A stretch of 63,972 nucleotides of DNA, the filler included, from Reticulomyxa filosa (lineage: Eukaryota; Protista; Foraminifera), in the NCBI GenBank assembly GCA_000512085.1. It is 20 parts of 20 records of this genome, joined end to end, with 100 filler letters (N's around TTAATTAATTAA, not from the genome) between each part and the next. Parts side by side here need not be neighbours in the genome. Positions count along the whole stretch, not along the records: positions 7,676 to 12,590 come from ASPP01037847.1; positions 12,691 to 16,420 come from ASPP01022034.1; positions 16,521 to 28,363 come from ASPP01006178.1; 17 more parts are not named here. One strand, written 5' to 3'. The translations under genes were made by a program, and so were the position numbers. Each line of letters opens with the position of its first letter. The stretch's first letter is position 1. A model generated the notes under the pieces. It saw only the letters and a list, made by a program, of their open reading frames with translations, had not been told where the DNA came from and searched no databases. Of the stretch, positions 10,541 through 24,042 are shown piece after piece.

Positions 10541-11440
10541 TTCATTGCTCTGTTTTTTTCGAAATGGATTGGCTCTAAAAATTTTTATTTTTTTTTCAAA
10601 CAAAATTTTGATCTACGCTTCAAATTGAACAATTTTACGACTTAACATTTCTTAACTTAAACACTTTTAGTAAATCAAAAAGATGTTGCTCAACTCAAAG
10701 GTTTAGAAATGTTATTAAAAGATATATCGGCATTTTCTCATAGCGAGTTCATTTTTCATTGAAAGTTTGTGTTATTGTTTGGGTGGTTATGATAAACATA
10801 TGAGCACAAAGTTACTAAATAAAAAATAAAACAAAGCAGATGCACAAAAAAAATCAGAGAGGAAGAAATTCTTAGAAAAAGATGAGAAGCTTGGAATGCC
10901 ATCTTCTGTTGGGCTTTGTCTCACAAAAACGTAAACAATCAATTCGTTTCATAAGGACAATTTTCGGGCAAGTAAAGACAACGGATGTTCAAAATTGTTT
11001 TATGTTATTGAAATTTACTAAAAAGAGAAGCTCGTATAGGGTAAGCTCTCGAAAGTGTAAGGGAAGCCTAACGAACTCGGAACCCTTTTTCCCAAAACTT
11101 ACCTCTTTTTTGTTTTACTTGCTTCGCTTTCTTTGATGCGTTTTGTTTGGTGTTCATTTTATTCTATTTAAATTGTTTTGTTCTATCGAAATTAGCTCAA
11201 AAGGGCAAATTTCCTTATACAGTTGGTGTTCAACAACAGTCTTCTTATTCTCATATTATCCGCGTAGTCTTTTCAACACAAAAAATTTTAGAAGTTGAAA
11301 TTCTTAAAAAGTGTCGAACAGAAGAACACAACACAGTTTTATTATATGTCAGAAAAGAAAAACTATTTGAAACTCAGTTCGAAAACGACCAGCAATGGAG
11401 TTTCTTGAAGGGAAAAAAAAAGGTGGGTTTGAAATAGACA

Positions 11441-12590
11441 ATGGCGACAGACCAAAAAATCTCGGGAAGCGATTTGACAACTACAGGAGTTCCAAGCGAA
11501 GTCTCTCTGAAAGAAGGTTTGGATGATCAGTCCCGATCCCAAACGGGATTGGAAGAGAAGTCCAACAAGCAGTTGGAAAACAACCAAAAAGAGGGACAAG
11601 TAGCCGTCAAAAAAAGCATTGAAGGGAACAGCATCAAAGTTCGTCATGTTGCTCGACTTCGAGGTTTGCCATGGAAAGCGCGTGAACAAGAAATTAAAGA
11701 GTTTCTAAAAGACGAAAAGGTCATTGAAGTCCAGGTCATCTTTCTTCATGACTCAAAAGCGTCAGGTATATATAAACATATATACATGTATATGTGTATC
11801 TTTTTTTGTTCACTACAAACGCAGGACATATATATGTATCTTTATATATATATACATATGCAATGATCAAATAAGGAGAAGCATTGGTAGAATTTCAGAC
11901 ATTGGATGACCTCCAGAGCGCCATTTTAAAAAATCGACGACACATTGGAAACAGGTACATTGAGGTATTTAAGGCGACGGGTGATGACATTGACATCGTG
12001 GCGGGGCGTATTTCAAAGACAACTTTTCGTAGTCCAAAAACCCAATTTGTAATACGAATGCGAGGCCTACCATACGAAGCAACGGAACCTGACGTTCAAA
12101 CCTTTTTCGATCCTTTGAAACTTGGTATTAAAAAAAAAAAAAATGAGGTTGTTTGTTATGTTTTTTTTTTTGAGTGATATCTCTCACCCAATCAAAAAAG
12201 TAAAAAATTAAAATAAAATAAAAAATAAAAGAGGCGATCCATTTAATAAAAGATGACTTGGGTCGTCCAAGTGGCGAAGGGTTTGTAGAGTTTGCAACGC
12301 AAGAAGACATGTTAAATGGAATGAGGAAAGACAAGCGTGAGATGGGTCGTCGATACATTGAGCTGTTCCAAAGTGGGAGCGATGAGTTGCTGAAGATGTT
12401 GGAGTTTGTGCACCGAATGAAGACCTATCCACGCAGGAAAAAAAGACCATTCAAACAGGATGGCGGCCATTTCCAAAAAAAACCAAATAGCAACAATAAT
12501 ATCAGCGGGGCGAATAACAATACAAATAGTCATTATCATCGCCCTCATCCTTTTCACTCGCACAACCAACAGTACAACCAACAGTACAAC
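11441..12590 (+). CDS. hnRNP F/H- or ESRP-like quasi-RRM RNA-binding protein (3' truncated)
   Basis: RLRGLPW, GEALVEF, IGNRYIEVF, IRMRGLPY, GRPSGEGFVEF and MGRRYIELF, separated by introns. Confidence 0.9.
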
Positions 12591-15500
12591 NNNNNNNNNN
12601 NNNNNNNNNNNNNNNNNNNNNNNNNNNNNNNNNNTTAATTAATTAANNNNNNNNNNNNNNNNNNNNNNNNNNNNNNNNNNNNNNNNNNNNTATTTAGACT
12701 AATTTCTAATTTTATTGTAATTGACTCGTATACAATAAAAATCAAGTATAACGCCTCATTTTTTGAGTGAATGTGAGACAAAGTATTTTGCAAAAAGGTT
12801 TGGCTTAGATTAAGCTTTCAAAGCCAGAATGTGAATATATATATTTTTGGACAGTGGTTTCTTTATTTCAATAAGGCAAGTCCATTTTAAAAACGTTGCC
12901 ACATTCTTGGTTGAGATTGTAAATCATAAAGAGGAAAATCTAGTGATAACATCCTTGCGCAAGACAACAAAAAATTGATTGAGTATTTGTTTCTCCTTAT
13001 TCATCCACCTTTCGTTGAGTTTTTAGTGAAAGTTTAAAAGAAAAAAACATCTCTTTTTTTGCTGTCAATTGAGAGGTCAAAATGTTGAAAGTAAACCATT
13101 TTTTTAATCAAAAGACGTCTAACTGAGAAGTAAGCGTATGTTTGGCTATTGCAAGTCTCTTGATAGACAAAGTTTTCAGATTGCCAGGAACGATCCAATT
13201 TCAAAGAGTTTTTGATTATATTTGGATTTATTATTCTTCAACAATGTTTTTTAATTAAAAAGTGTGATGAATATGTTTTTGTTTTTTTTGCATTGGCCAT
13301 TTATTTATAATCATTATTTTCTCAACTTTATCAGAAGATGGTATATTGCTTTATCGATGGATGAGATAGTTTAAATCCGAAACTTAAAAATGGAATAAAT
13401 GTAATTTTGATACTATTTATTGTTGTTCATCGATAAAACTTTTTTTAAATAACAATATTTATAATTTTATAAATTTTTTAATTTTTTAAAAGTGTAAATA
13501 TTTCATAATCAAAATTTGCATTAACGAAAATATCAATCAAAATGTTCATATTGCGTGAAATATTTATTAAAATAACATAATTATAGAAGGGGTCATTTCC
13601 AGATTTTTTATTCTTCATGTAAGTACTTTTGTACAAGTAGACGTGGTGATTATACGTTTGGAAAAGGAAAAATAATATATTACAAGCCAAGTAAAGTTAC
13701 ACACAGTTTTTATCCTTCTGAGTGTGCAAAAACGAAGTTTTTATCCACCAACCAAAAATCCTTTGAAAAACGTTTCCAGAGTTACTCCAATTAATAATAA
13801 CAATTTGTTTAATTTCACACTGTACTATATATGTATATACTGGAAATTAAACAAAGAAAAGAGATACATAAACAAACACTCAAATGAAAACAAACTAAGT
13901 TAATGTTCAGTAAAAGTTGTACAATTTAGCATACAACATTTTTGAAATTCTTGTTTTTGTTTTTGAAGGTACTAAGTTCAACGCCTTTCTAGTCGTTTAC
14001 ATGAAATCTTAAATCTTAATTTACCTCGTAAAAAACTTAAATGATGAATTTTTGCTCAAAGAGATTTCTGTTTTTTAGCAGGCGTCATAATGCTTATGCA
14101 AGGATTTTATTTTTAGAAATATCCACAAATATTGCATGTCAGACAACTCTTTTTTTCATTGTTTCAATTAATTTAAAACACGTGATAATAAGGACCATTC
14201 TTTATACGATTTTTTATTCAATCTAAATCAAATATACTGTTTTTTTATATTTTCCTGAATAAAGAAGCATAGAAAGCATTTTGAGATGAAGTATATCAAT
14301 GTTCGTACATCTCTTGATGTACTGTGAAAAGCTATTTTCTGTTTATTATGAAAAAAAACAAAATTTGAAAAACTTGCTTTGTCTTATCCCATTTTTTTTT
14401 ACTACCCCTTTTCGATTGTAGTTCACTTTTTTATGTTATGATATTTCGCACAATTCAAAAAATTTTTTTGTATGAAAAATATGTTTTCAAGACATAGTAA
14501 TAACACAGTATATCACGACAAAACAAAATAATCTTTGTATTCATGACAACGAATGTTTGAGATATTTTGTTATATTTTTAAAAAATGAAAACATTCTATT
14601 CGCATCAAGTTTTTTTTTGGAGTAGGTTTGGGATGATATTTTTTTGTTTTGGGGATAGTAGGTTTGTTTTCACTTTTTTCTAAGCCAATTTTGGCTGCTT
14701 TGTTTAAAAAAGCGAAAGAGTTTCGTTGTAACACTGTTTTTATATTATTTGAATACATTCAAAAGATAAAAATTTTGTTGACAAGTTTTTGACCTAAAAA
14801 TCCATCAACCCAAGTAACTTTGTTGCCATTTTCCCGGATGCAGCCTTTTATTGACAGACTCCAAAAAAATTGGAGTATTTTTTTTACACTCCAACCAAAA
14901 GCAGATTGAAAAAACTACCTTGGCTCCTAGATCACTTTTGAACATTTAATTGAAAAGTTATCTATAATTCAGAACAAATTTATTAATTAATTATTTTATA
15001 ACTATCATTGAAATATACAATACTTTTGGAATGTATTGGGATGCAGAAGTAAAACGATCCAACATGAAAGGATGATTTCACAAAAACTGTTTTTTGTGTC
15101 TATTTTATCATGTTCCTTCTAAACTTGTTTGGGATAAAATTAATGTCTAGTATTGTCACTTTTTATAAAACATTTTGGATAATAATAATTGAGCAAACAG
15201 TAATGCGATTTTGTTCTTTTTTTATAAAAAAAACTAAGGTACTTTTTTGGAGTCACTCCAATTAATGTAGAGTTTTTTGGTGAAGAAACAAGTCACATAC
15301 GTGATCCAAATTTTTTTGGTTGTAAAATTGTTTTGGTTGCAATGGAATTCATTTTAAACCTGGATTGATGTTGTTTCATTTTGAAAATCAATGAAAAGTG
15401 CATGGATTCAAACAAAATAAAAAAGAAATTTAGCAGAGATTCATAATTGACAGTTTATTTTTTGTTTCACAGTTGAAGACAGAATATTTATCTCTATCTT

Positions 15501-16030
15501 TTGTTTTTTTGAAAATGTGATTGAGTCTATACTGCCAATCATGATATTATCTCTTTTTTTATTAAATCTTTTTCAAAATAAAAACTACTTTGTGTAAAAA
15601 AACAAAAAATCCATTTGAATTTATTATATTGTAATGAAAACAATTTATAAAACAAAAAGAAATCTAACCATATATGCACAGACTCACGCAATATATTTTT
15701 CCTTTGTTAACTCAAGCAAAATCTCAAATAAACTCATTATACTATTCAGTATTCTTCACTTTTCAAAATAATCTTCTCAATGTGCTCTCCATTTGTAGAG
15801 ATAATTATACAAAGACATACATTGGTGATGAAATATGTAAGCGTTTGGTGTAATGACAATAAATCAAAAAGACCAAACAAATACAATCAATGGGTCCCTT
15901 TACAAACAATCACAATCATCCAATTCAAATTGCAAGATATAATCATGATTATAGATTAGTATGTGCATTGATTTGTTATTTATATAGGAATATTAGTGTT
16001 TGATTTAAATACATTTCAATTTATTAAACA

Positions 16031-16420
16031 TTTTTTTTAAGCTTTTGCACAGGAGGGCATGAAGTACCTGGACCAAACTAGGTCATTGCACAATATAAAA
16101 GAAAAACATTCAAACACGATCTGGTCTCCGGAACAACTCAGATTCAGCTTTAAATCTTGCTCTCTTTGCCACAATATCAACTCTTTCATTCACAGGAATA
16201 TCATAGTGTCCTTTAATCCAATAAATTTCAGGAATTCCTTTCTATCCCAAGTCCTTCATTAATCTTTGGCACTCAGCAATTGGATAGTTATATGTTTCTT
16301 AGTTGTACTTGTTGTAAATCGCATTCACAGCAAATTTGCAATCAGAAAGGATAACAACTTCTATTAGCATCTTGGTAATGCTTCTGAATGTATTCAATGC
16401 TAACCAATCATAATAGTAAT
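16031..16420 (-). mobile_element. Degraded, internally deleted 3' fragment of the LINE family at 16618-20956 (RNase H remnant, 3' UTR end and poly(A))
   Basis: The reverse complement reads SDCKFAVNAI...EIYWIKGH..IPVNERVDIVAKRARFKAE, homologous to about 19960-20200. It ends gccctcctgtgcaaaagcttaaaaaaaa, matching 20925-20956. Confidence 0.85.
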
Positions 16421-16617
16421 NNNNNNNNNNNNNNNNNNNNNNNNNNNNNNNNNNNNNNNNNNNNTTAATTAATTAANNNNNNNNNNNNNNNNNNNNNNNN
16501 NNNNNNNNNNNNNNNNNNNNAGGATATCGTTTTAGGCATTCAGTTTTCTTTGCAACCTACTGTAGGTACAGCAGTTTTTTTTGCAATCTACTGTATTCTC
16601 ATATAGGCACGACCACA

Positions 16618-19600
16618 TTGCAAAATGTGTCTAGTTCAAGCCAATTGCTTGCTCAAGGAAAAGAAAAAATTAAATCACAATTGCCAAATGTGTCTTCTGT
16701 TGGTAAGGAAATAAATCGGAAGCATAGGCCAATTGATGTAGATAATGTTAACAGTCGTAAAAACGCAAGAGCTGTCAAAAGCAAAATCAGTGATGTCAAG
16801 AATCACCACGACATGAGGCTAATTCACAAAAGACAAAATCCTTTTCATGATGAAGAAGATAGTGGCGATCAAAAATCCAACATAAACATGGAAACAAGTA
16901 GGAAGAAAATGAAATTACAAGGGCAAATATTGAATGACCAAGAGCATTTGTATCTGAAAATGCACAAACGTCAGCGAATGATAAGCAGTTGATGATATAA
17001 CAATATTGAAAGCGACGAGAATACTTCTGTAGAACATCACAAACAATTGTACTAACTCCAGTGGATGGAAAGTCACTACGATCAACGACATCAGTATTGA
17101 AATTATTCGGAGATGACAAGAAAGCAATGTCCACAAAAGTGAAAGCACATACATTCTCGCAGACATTGCGAACACTATACGTGCATTTCAACAACCAACA
17201 AGTGGACAAAAACGCATTGGATTGCATTGCCGAGAGATTCAATCAGATGCATCCTCCACATGACCAGAAAACAATGACAAAGAAGAAGGAAATGTTCAAG
17301 ATAAAAGAAAAAGAAAACAATAAAATGCTTTGTATACAATCCGGAGTACACAAGTGAGCAGAAGGAAAAAAGAAGGTATGAAGTAGAAGATCCTGAAACG
17401 GACATATATGTGATAATGAAAAATGTTTCTCCGAATGAAAGCGATAATGAGATTATGGAGGCACTGCAAGAAATAGAATACAAAGTGGATAAAGTGTAGA
17501 TGTTTAAAGATCTCTCAATGGTAAAAGTGATATTTGCCACACCAAATGATGTGAAAAGAGCACTACAAGAAAAGGAAGTAAGAATTGGGTACCGACAGAT
17601 TACTTGCGAGCTATTTAACAGATACATGAGCGGACCGCGATCGCATTTCATTCAATGTAGGAAGAGCTTCGTTTGAACCAGGGCATTATGGAAAGGAAAT
17701 AAGCCGAGGTGAAGTGATTCGTTGCATAGAAAGCGCAAGAAAGTGCACTAATTGAAAAAAGCTTTTCGACTCAATCACACCGAATAAAATTATAAAAATT
17801 ACAAACAAGCAACTTCTTTGCTGAAAAGGAAGCTTCGTCAAGAGAAGCAAGAGCACATGATCAAAAGCATTCAAAATCTGCAAGATGATAATTCTCGCCA
17901 ATTGTTTTCGCAGTTCCGGTTGATGAATTCAAACAAAATTATAGTTATTCCATCAATCATTTGTCCTGGAACTGACTCGATGCAAAGACAGATTCGGAGA
18001 AGGCTGAGTTGTTGGCGTCATTGTCTCACAGCCACCACAGCCACCTGGATATTCGGATGAAATTGAAGATCATTACCAGCTCGCCGAGGATGATATTATG
18101 TCAGCAGTGGAAATGACTAAATAGCACGAACTTAATGATTGGCCTGACATAATTATCGATCCAAACCAATGTTATATCACAGAAGAAGAATTGATAGAAG
18201 CATTACGACACATATCATTGCACAAGGCAAGGACCAGTCAATATTCACAACCAGATGATCAAGAATGGAGAACAAGCAACGGTCGATTCGTTGGTGCTAC
18301 TGTTCGATTGGAGTTTCAGGATTGGCCACGTTCCAATATTGTGGAAGAAAGCGAACATCGTACCAATACCGAAGCTAGACAGATATCACACAAAACTACA
18401 GTCCTATTGCACTGCTATCTGGAGTGGGCAAGCTATTGGAAAGAATAATAACCATGAGATTGATGTGGTATTTAAATGAAAATAAGTTATTGCACCAGTG
18501 CCAAGCAGGATTCCAGTCATGTCACAATACATACGAGTTATTGCTGCGACTGACAGAATCGATCAATGCATCATTTGACAATAACTCAGTTGCTTATGCA
18601 GTGCTGTTGGATATTTCTTCGGCTTATGACAGCGTGTGGATATATGAATTGTGATACAAAATGAGGAAAAATTTTGGATTAAGAGTGAGTATGTGCTGGT
18701 AGCTGGACAGCTTCCTCAAAGACAAATTGTGACAGGTTGTGCTAAATGGAATCCGCTCTAGTGAACAAAGATTCGAAACAGGATTACCTCATGAATCATC
18801 ACTGTTGCCGCTGTTATTCATATTGTACATCAACGATATCACACAAGCAGTCCAGCATCCGATTCAGTGCGTATGTTTGCAGATGACTTAGCATTGTGGA
18901 CATAAATTTGTACTATTGATGAAAAAGATAAAGAGCTGCAGTTGGATCAATTGCAGCAGAGTTTATCTTGGGCATCCAAATTGAAGACGATATTCGCTCC
19001 AGACAAGACCTAGTCGATTACGTTCAAGATGAAGAACAAGAGAAAATATCCAAGAACGAAATTACTGCTCAATTGAATGGACATCTAATATGCAGACCAT
19101 GTTAAATATTTGGGGTTGATCATGGACTCCAATATGACATACCGGTATCAAGTCAATTATGTATATGAAAGGCAGCGATGAAGTTGGGATATTTGACATT
19201 ACTCTGCTTCTACACGGGCATTCAACCTAGTTTATCAGTATATAAATTGCTGTACACAACAATTATCAATCCATCATTGGAGTATGCATGCGCATTCTGA
19301 AATGGAGCAGAGGAATCGCACAAACAACGACTAAACATGATCCAAAGGATTGCGATGTGAAAGATCCTTGGGGTGATTAATTTGACAGCATACGACACAG
19401 TGAATGTGATATCACATTGCCTCCATTGGAACTAAGAAGGCAACAAGAAGTGATAGTGTAACAAGTTCCCTGAACACAACCTGACAATGGCATACCGATT
19501 GTGTCAGAGAAATCACAAAATAAAAGATAATGATAAATTTATTTGGAGTGGAAAATTATCCAATCTATACAGAGCATATATTCACATGTCAGAAATCGGA

Positions 19601-20956
19601 ATGCCAAGATTGGATACTGATGAGATGACACATTATAACAAGCTACCAAATCAAATTGATAGACTTCCACGCCCCAGCAAGTCACCATTTGAGAAATGGA
19701 GCGAGCAGACACAAGAGCAAATATTGGCATCATTGGACGGCAAGACTATTGTGATATTTGCAGATGGTAGCACCAAGCCAGGCCAGGACTGTGTGTCGCA
19801 GGATTAGTTATCCAATACCCATCGTTCCTCCAATGTATTGAATTGGAGTTCCCAATTAAAGTGATAACAGCAATGATTGCAAGTTAGATTGAATCAATTC
19901 GGCAAGCACTAAATCATGTGCAAGTACATTACAAAGACACAAATGCAAGAATTGTTATATCTCTTATTGCAAATTTGCTTTGAACGCAGTCCACAACAAG
20001 TGCAATGCAGAAATTATAACTTCCCTATTGCATAGTGCCAGAGATTAATGAATAATCTTGGAGAAAATGTAGTCCCTGAAATATATTGTATTAAGGGACA
20101 TTCGGGCATTCCGGAACAAACGAGCAGATGCAGTGGCAAAGATTGCAAGATTCAAAGCAGAAATGGAACAACCTGAGTTATTCAGAAGGCCAGACAAGTC
20201 ATCTCTGTTCCTTAGTGTCCATGGACTGAATCCATTCTTCACAGAATAGTGGAACAGACATTGGACGAATGAAGTGAATGAAATGGAGCTTCATAAGCAT
20301 CCGAAACACTTCCTGCGTAGCCTGATTGAAGCTCAGTCATTTGAAAAGATTGTGCTTTACAAGTTGAAAGCTCACAAGCACAATTTATTTGCAAAATCAA
20401 TCACTGGCAAAGTGAGACTGAATGGTTTTCTATTCAAGATCAAACGATAGTACACACCAGATCGTAAGTGGTGCGAATGATAAGATGAAACAGTTGAGCA
20501 CTTCCTGATTGAATGCTCACATTATGAAGGACTTAGAGATTTATGTCGAGCATCAATCAAGGCATTGTTGCCGCATTTTCAATTCGAGACATCGAACCTG
20601 CGGAGTTTGTTGGTCGGTGATAAGATATTTGGTCCTAACATAAGAATCAAAGTTGTTAATGAACTTGCAAAGTTCATTGTGACAACGTGAAGGAAGATTT
20701 AAAATTTATGTTCTGACAATTATTCAATTTTCTTTATAATATCGTCAACTTTATTTATTTTTTTTGTTGACAGTTGTAAATTTTTGTTTTCTTTTAAGTT
20801 ATGCCATGACTTATTTTGGTCCAGGTGCCTAAACTTGCTTTGTTTGCATTTTGAGGGTATAGTCAGTGGCTCAAAATCAGTATAGTGTGAAAGATGAAGC
20901 AATGAGTAGTCTGACACCTTCACAGCCCTCCCAGTGCAAAAGCTTAAAAAAAAAAA
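16618..20956 (+). mobile_element. Degenerate non-LTR retrotransposon (LINE): ORF1 remnant, RT, RNase H, C-terminal zinc finger, 3' UTR and poly(A); APE domain deleted
   Basis: WKKANIVPIPK, GKLLERII..RL, QAGFQ, LLDISSAYDSVW, PLLFILYINDI, MFADD (18873-18887), IFADGS, KGHSGI, ETVEHFLIEC. A11 tail at 20946-20956. Many stops and frameshifts. Confidence 0.93.
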
Positions 20957-21210
20957 GCATCACTGTTTAAACTGTTAGCTGATACGACGAATCATTTCCG
21001 TAGAATTTCAAGTGGTACAGTACAAATAAGCTATTCAATATTGAAATCTTTAGTTAATAACAGCATTTTACTTTTTTTAATTAATTTTATCGTAACCCTT
21101 GTACTTGTTTTTTCTTTACACTGTCATTAGGGACGAAGAACCCGAAAGGGACTTAATATTGTCCTCTTCAAAAGATCATCATTATTTATTCGGCATAGTT
21201 CTTTTTCACT

Positions 21211-24042
21211 ATGTTTGCACTACTTCAACAAAACTTTCCCGAGATAGATCAAGAAGTCATTTCACAAACATGGAGCTACTCTAATGAAAATCTCGCTGAG
21301 GCAAAAGATATTTTGACTTTGCTTACAAAGAACACGTTACAAAGAATTTTGTGCTGTCTTTTTTTAGTTAAAAACATCATTGCTACTTTTTTGTAATAAT
21401 TGCTAACATATTTGAACAGTACTAATTTGGAGCAACAAAGCCAGCTAATGAAGTTATTCAATCAGTTTGGCAATAAAATTGAAAAAAGAACAATATTACA
21501 AACATGGATAGATTGCAATCAAATTTATATCGAAACGTGGTTGAAATTAATGGAAATTTGTTCTATGAATGATATCAATCAGTTATATTTTTTATGAAAT
21601 ATGTTTTATTTAAGAATAAAAATGAATATAAATGTGAATATTGCCAACAATTGAATGATAGGCTAAAAGAAGATAACGAATTAAAAATATTAAGGGAAAT
21701 GTGTTTACACATATTATGGAATATTTTGAAATATCCAAATGAGATAAAATATCGACAAATTAATGGCCAATGCTTATTCAATAACTTGAAATTGAAATGT
21801 CAGCAATTAGGCGTGAATGTAAACCAAACATCTAATCATTTTCAAAGTTATTTACAAGCTCTTGGATTCGAAAAAAGAAATGAAAATTGGTATTACCCAA
21901 ATGATGATACTCAGTTAGCATGGTCATGGGAATATTATAAAGAGTTTATCAATCAACAAGCCATGTATGTTGATATGTACTTTTGCTGTTATAATAAAAT
22001 GACTTTTAGTTTTAACTTAAAAAGATATTCAATTTGTCAATAAAAAAAAATAGATATAAAATAAGATATGATATTCCAAAAACAGTATGTATGTTGAAAA
22101 ATGGCAAATGGAGAAACTATGAAATAGTATTCGATTATCAACATCGAACAATTATGTTGTTGAACATAAATGGAAAAAATAAAAAAAAAGACAAATTAAA
22201 ATTAGAAATATTACAAGTTGGAGATCCAAAAAAATTATCATTGGAATTCAATGTCACTGTGGAATGGCATAATGATTTTGATGATATCGATAACATATGT
22301 GCAAAGTGGGCTTGTCTTACTCTCAATCATACTTGGCATTTTTGTACAATTGATCATATGGATAGAGATAATCTATCAAACTGTTTTTCAGTTAATCGGA
22401 TTAATATATTTTTATTATTTGTATTTAATTGATACATTTACATATATATGAATAGGAATTTAATTCTTTTCAGATTATTTGGAGAGATAGATATAATCAA
22501 ACACGTAAAGAATCATTCAATCCTTATGCAGTAACGTTGGAACAAGGAATAAAATATCTCAAATATAAATATCAAATGTTAGAACATTTTATATATGGAA
22601 TGAATGAGCTAGTATATTTTGAATTTGAGTTTGATAAATGTCAACCACAACTTACATCAAATATGACTCACAAAGATGCATCATTGCATGATATTTACAA
22701 ACATGTTTCTCATTATCCAATAATTCAAGTTTATTGGAACGTAACAGCTTTATTTATGGTCCCTTATGAACAAACTATTGACGCAAAAAGAGCCCATTTG
22801 CCCACAGTCGTTTATGCGAATGATGGATACAAACTTTCTGTATTTAATAAAAAACCTATATTCAATCCATTTTTATATGAATGTGATTTGCATAAACTTA
22901 AAATTATTGAAGACATATTACATCTCAAAATAACAAGAAATAATTCATTAAAAAAATTATTGCACGAAGTAATAAAAAATAATCATTTATCAAGTTTAAT
23001 TACATATCGACATGTTAATAATAAACAAGAAAAAAAACGACGTTATAAAAAGATTAAACAACAAATTAATTATAATAAAGATAATCCAAATAAATTAATA
23101 TTAAATGACAAAATATTAACAATACTAAATGAAGTAAAGATATTGTATCATGATGGCATTCATAAACATATGGGATATCCACTTCAATTAGAAAATATTT
23201 GTGCAATTTTATTGTATTGTGGTAAACCATGTAATGTCCAATTCAGTTATGATCAAATACAATTTAGACATCATAATTGGCCTTATTTGGATCATTATTT
23301 ACAGCAAGCAATTGCTGTTTTACATAAACATGAAAGAAGAGAAGAAAGTGAAACAGAATTATACAGTGGATTGAAAGGAGTAAGATTAGAGAATATTAAA
23401 GAAATAAAAGAAGGATTTTTCATTAGTTATTTGAGCACTTCTGATAATATTCAAGTTGCACAAATGTATAGAAGCGATCAAGGATGCATTTTACATTTTC
23501 ATCCTTCCATGAGACGAACTGGTGGAATTAAAAGCTGTGATGTGTCTTGGATATCGCCATACAAGCACGAAAGGGAAATTTTATTCGCAAGATCATTTGC
23601 AGGTTACACTCTTGATGGAAGAGTATACAAAGAATTATTGGCATGGAATGCAAAAATAGAGAGTGAAGACGAATATACACAAATGATTTTGTTGACATGG
23701 ACAAGATATGATGAATATGTACAACAAACCATGCAAATTAGTGCAATGTGGAATTATTCTATTGATTTCAATCTTATTTATGTTTCACTTAAACACAGTG
23801 AAGGAGATATTTACAGAACAATTAACTTATTGCTTGAATTCGAAGTATGGAAATTAAAAGATAATAATAATCAAAAATACGAAGAGATAGCAAATAAATT
23901 TGTGAAAAGACGTTGTTGTAATCATAGTCTCAATATGTTTTATATGTTTCTTTTTAAAAATAACATAGAACAGGCTATCGAATATGCGACAATATGTGCT
24001 GTTGCCAATGGTTTTCCATTTGTTGGACGAGGAAAATACTGA
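21211..24042 (+). CDS. CUE-CUE-PUB-(PH-like)-ADP-ribosyltransferase-(UBA/CUE-like) protein, about 837 aa, 5 exons
   Basis: Introns 21336-21419, 21582-21661, 21965-22053 and 22391-22455 are all GT-AG and frame-preserving. CUE: LQQNFPEIDQEVI. PUB: ILWNILKYPNEIKYRQI...LQALGF. ART: LYSG (23359), YLSTS (23434), VSWISPYKHEREILF (23569). Confidence 0.75.

Noticed and set aside
17356-20500. In-frame TGA/TAG/TAA in the LINE as evidence for an alternative genetic code
   Set aside because: The stops co-occur with frameshifts and deletions, and intact genes in the window terminate at TAA, TAG and TGA normally.
16031-20956. One large inverted-repeat element formed by the two LINE tails
   Set aside because: A linker at 16421-16520 separates them, so their relative orientation is arbitrary.
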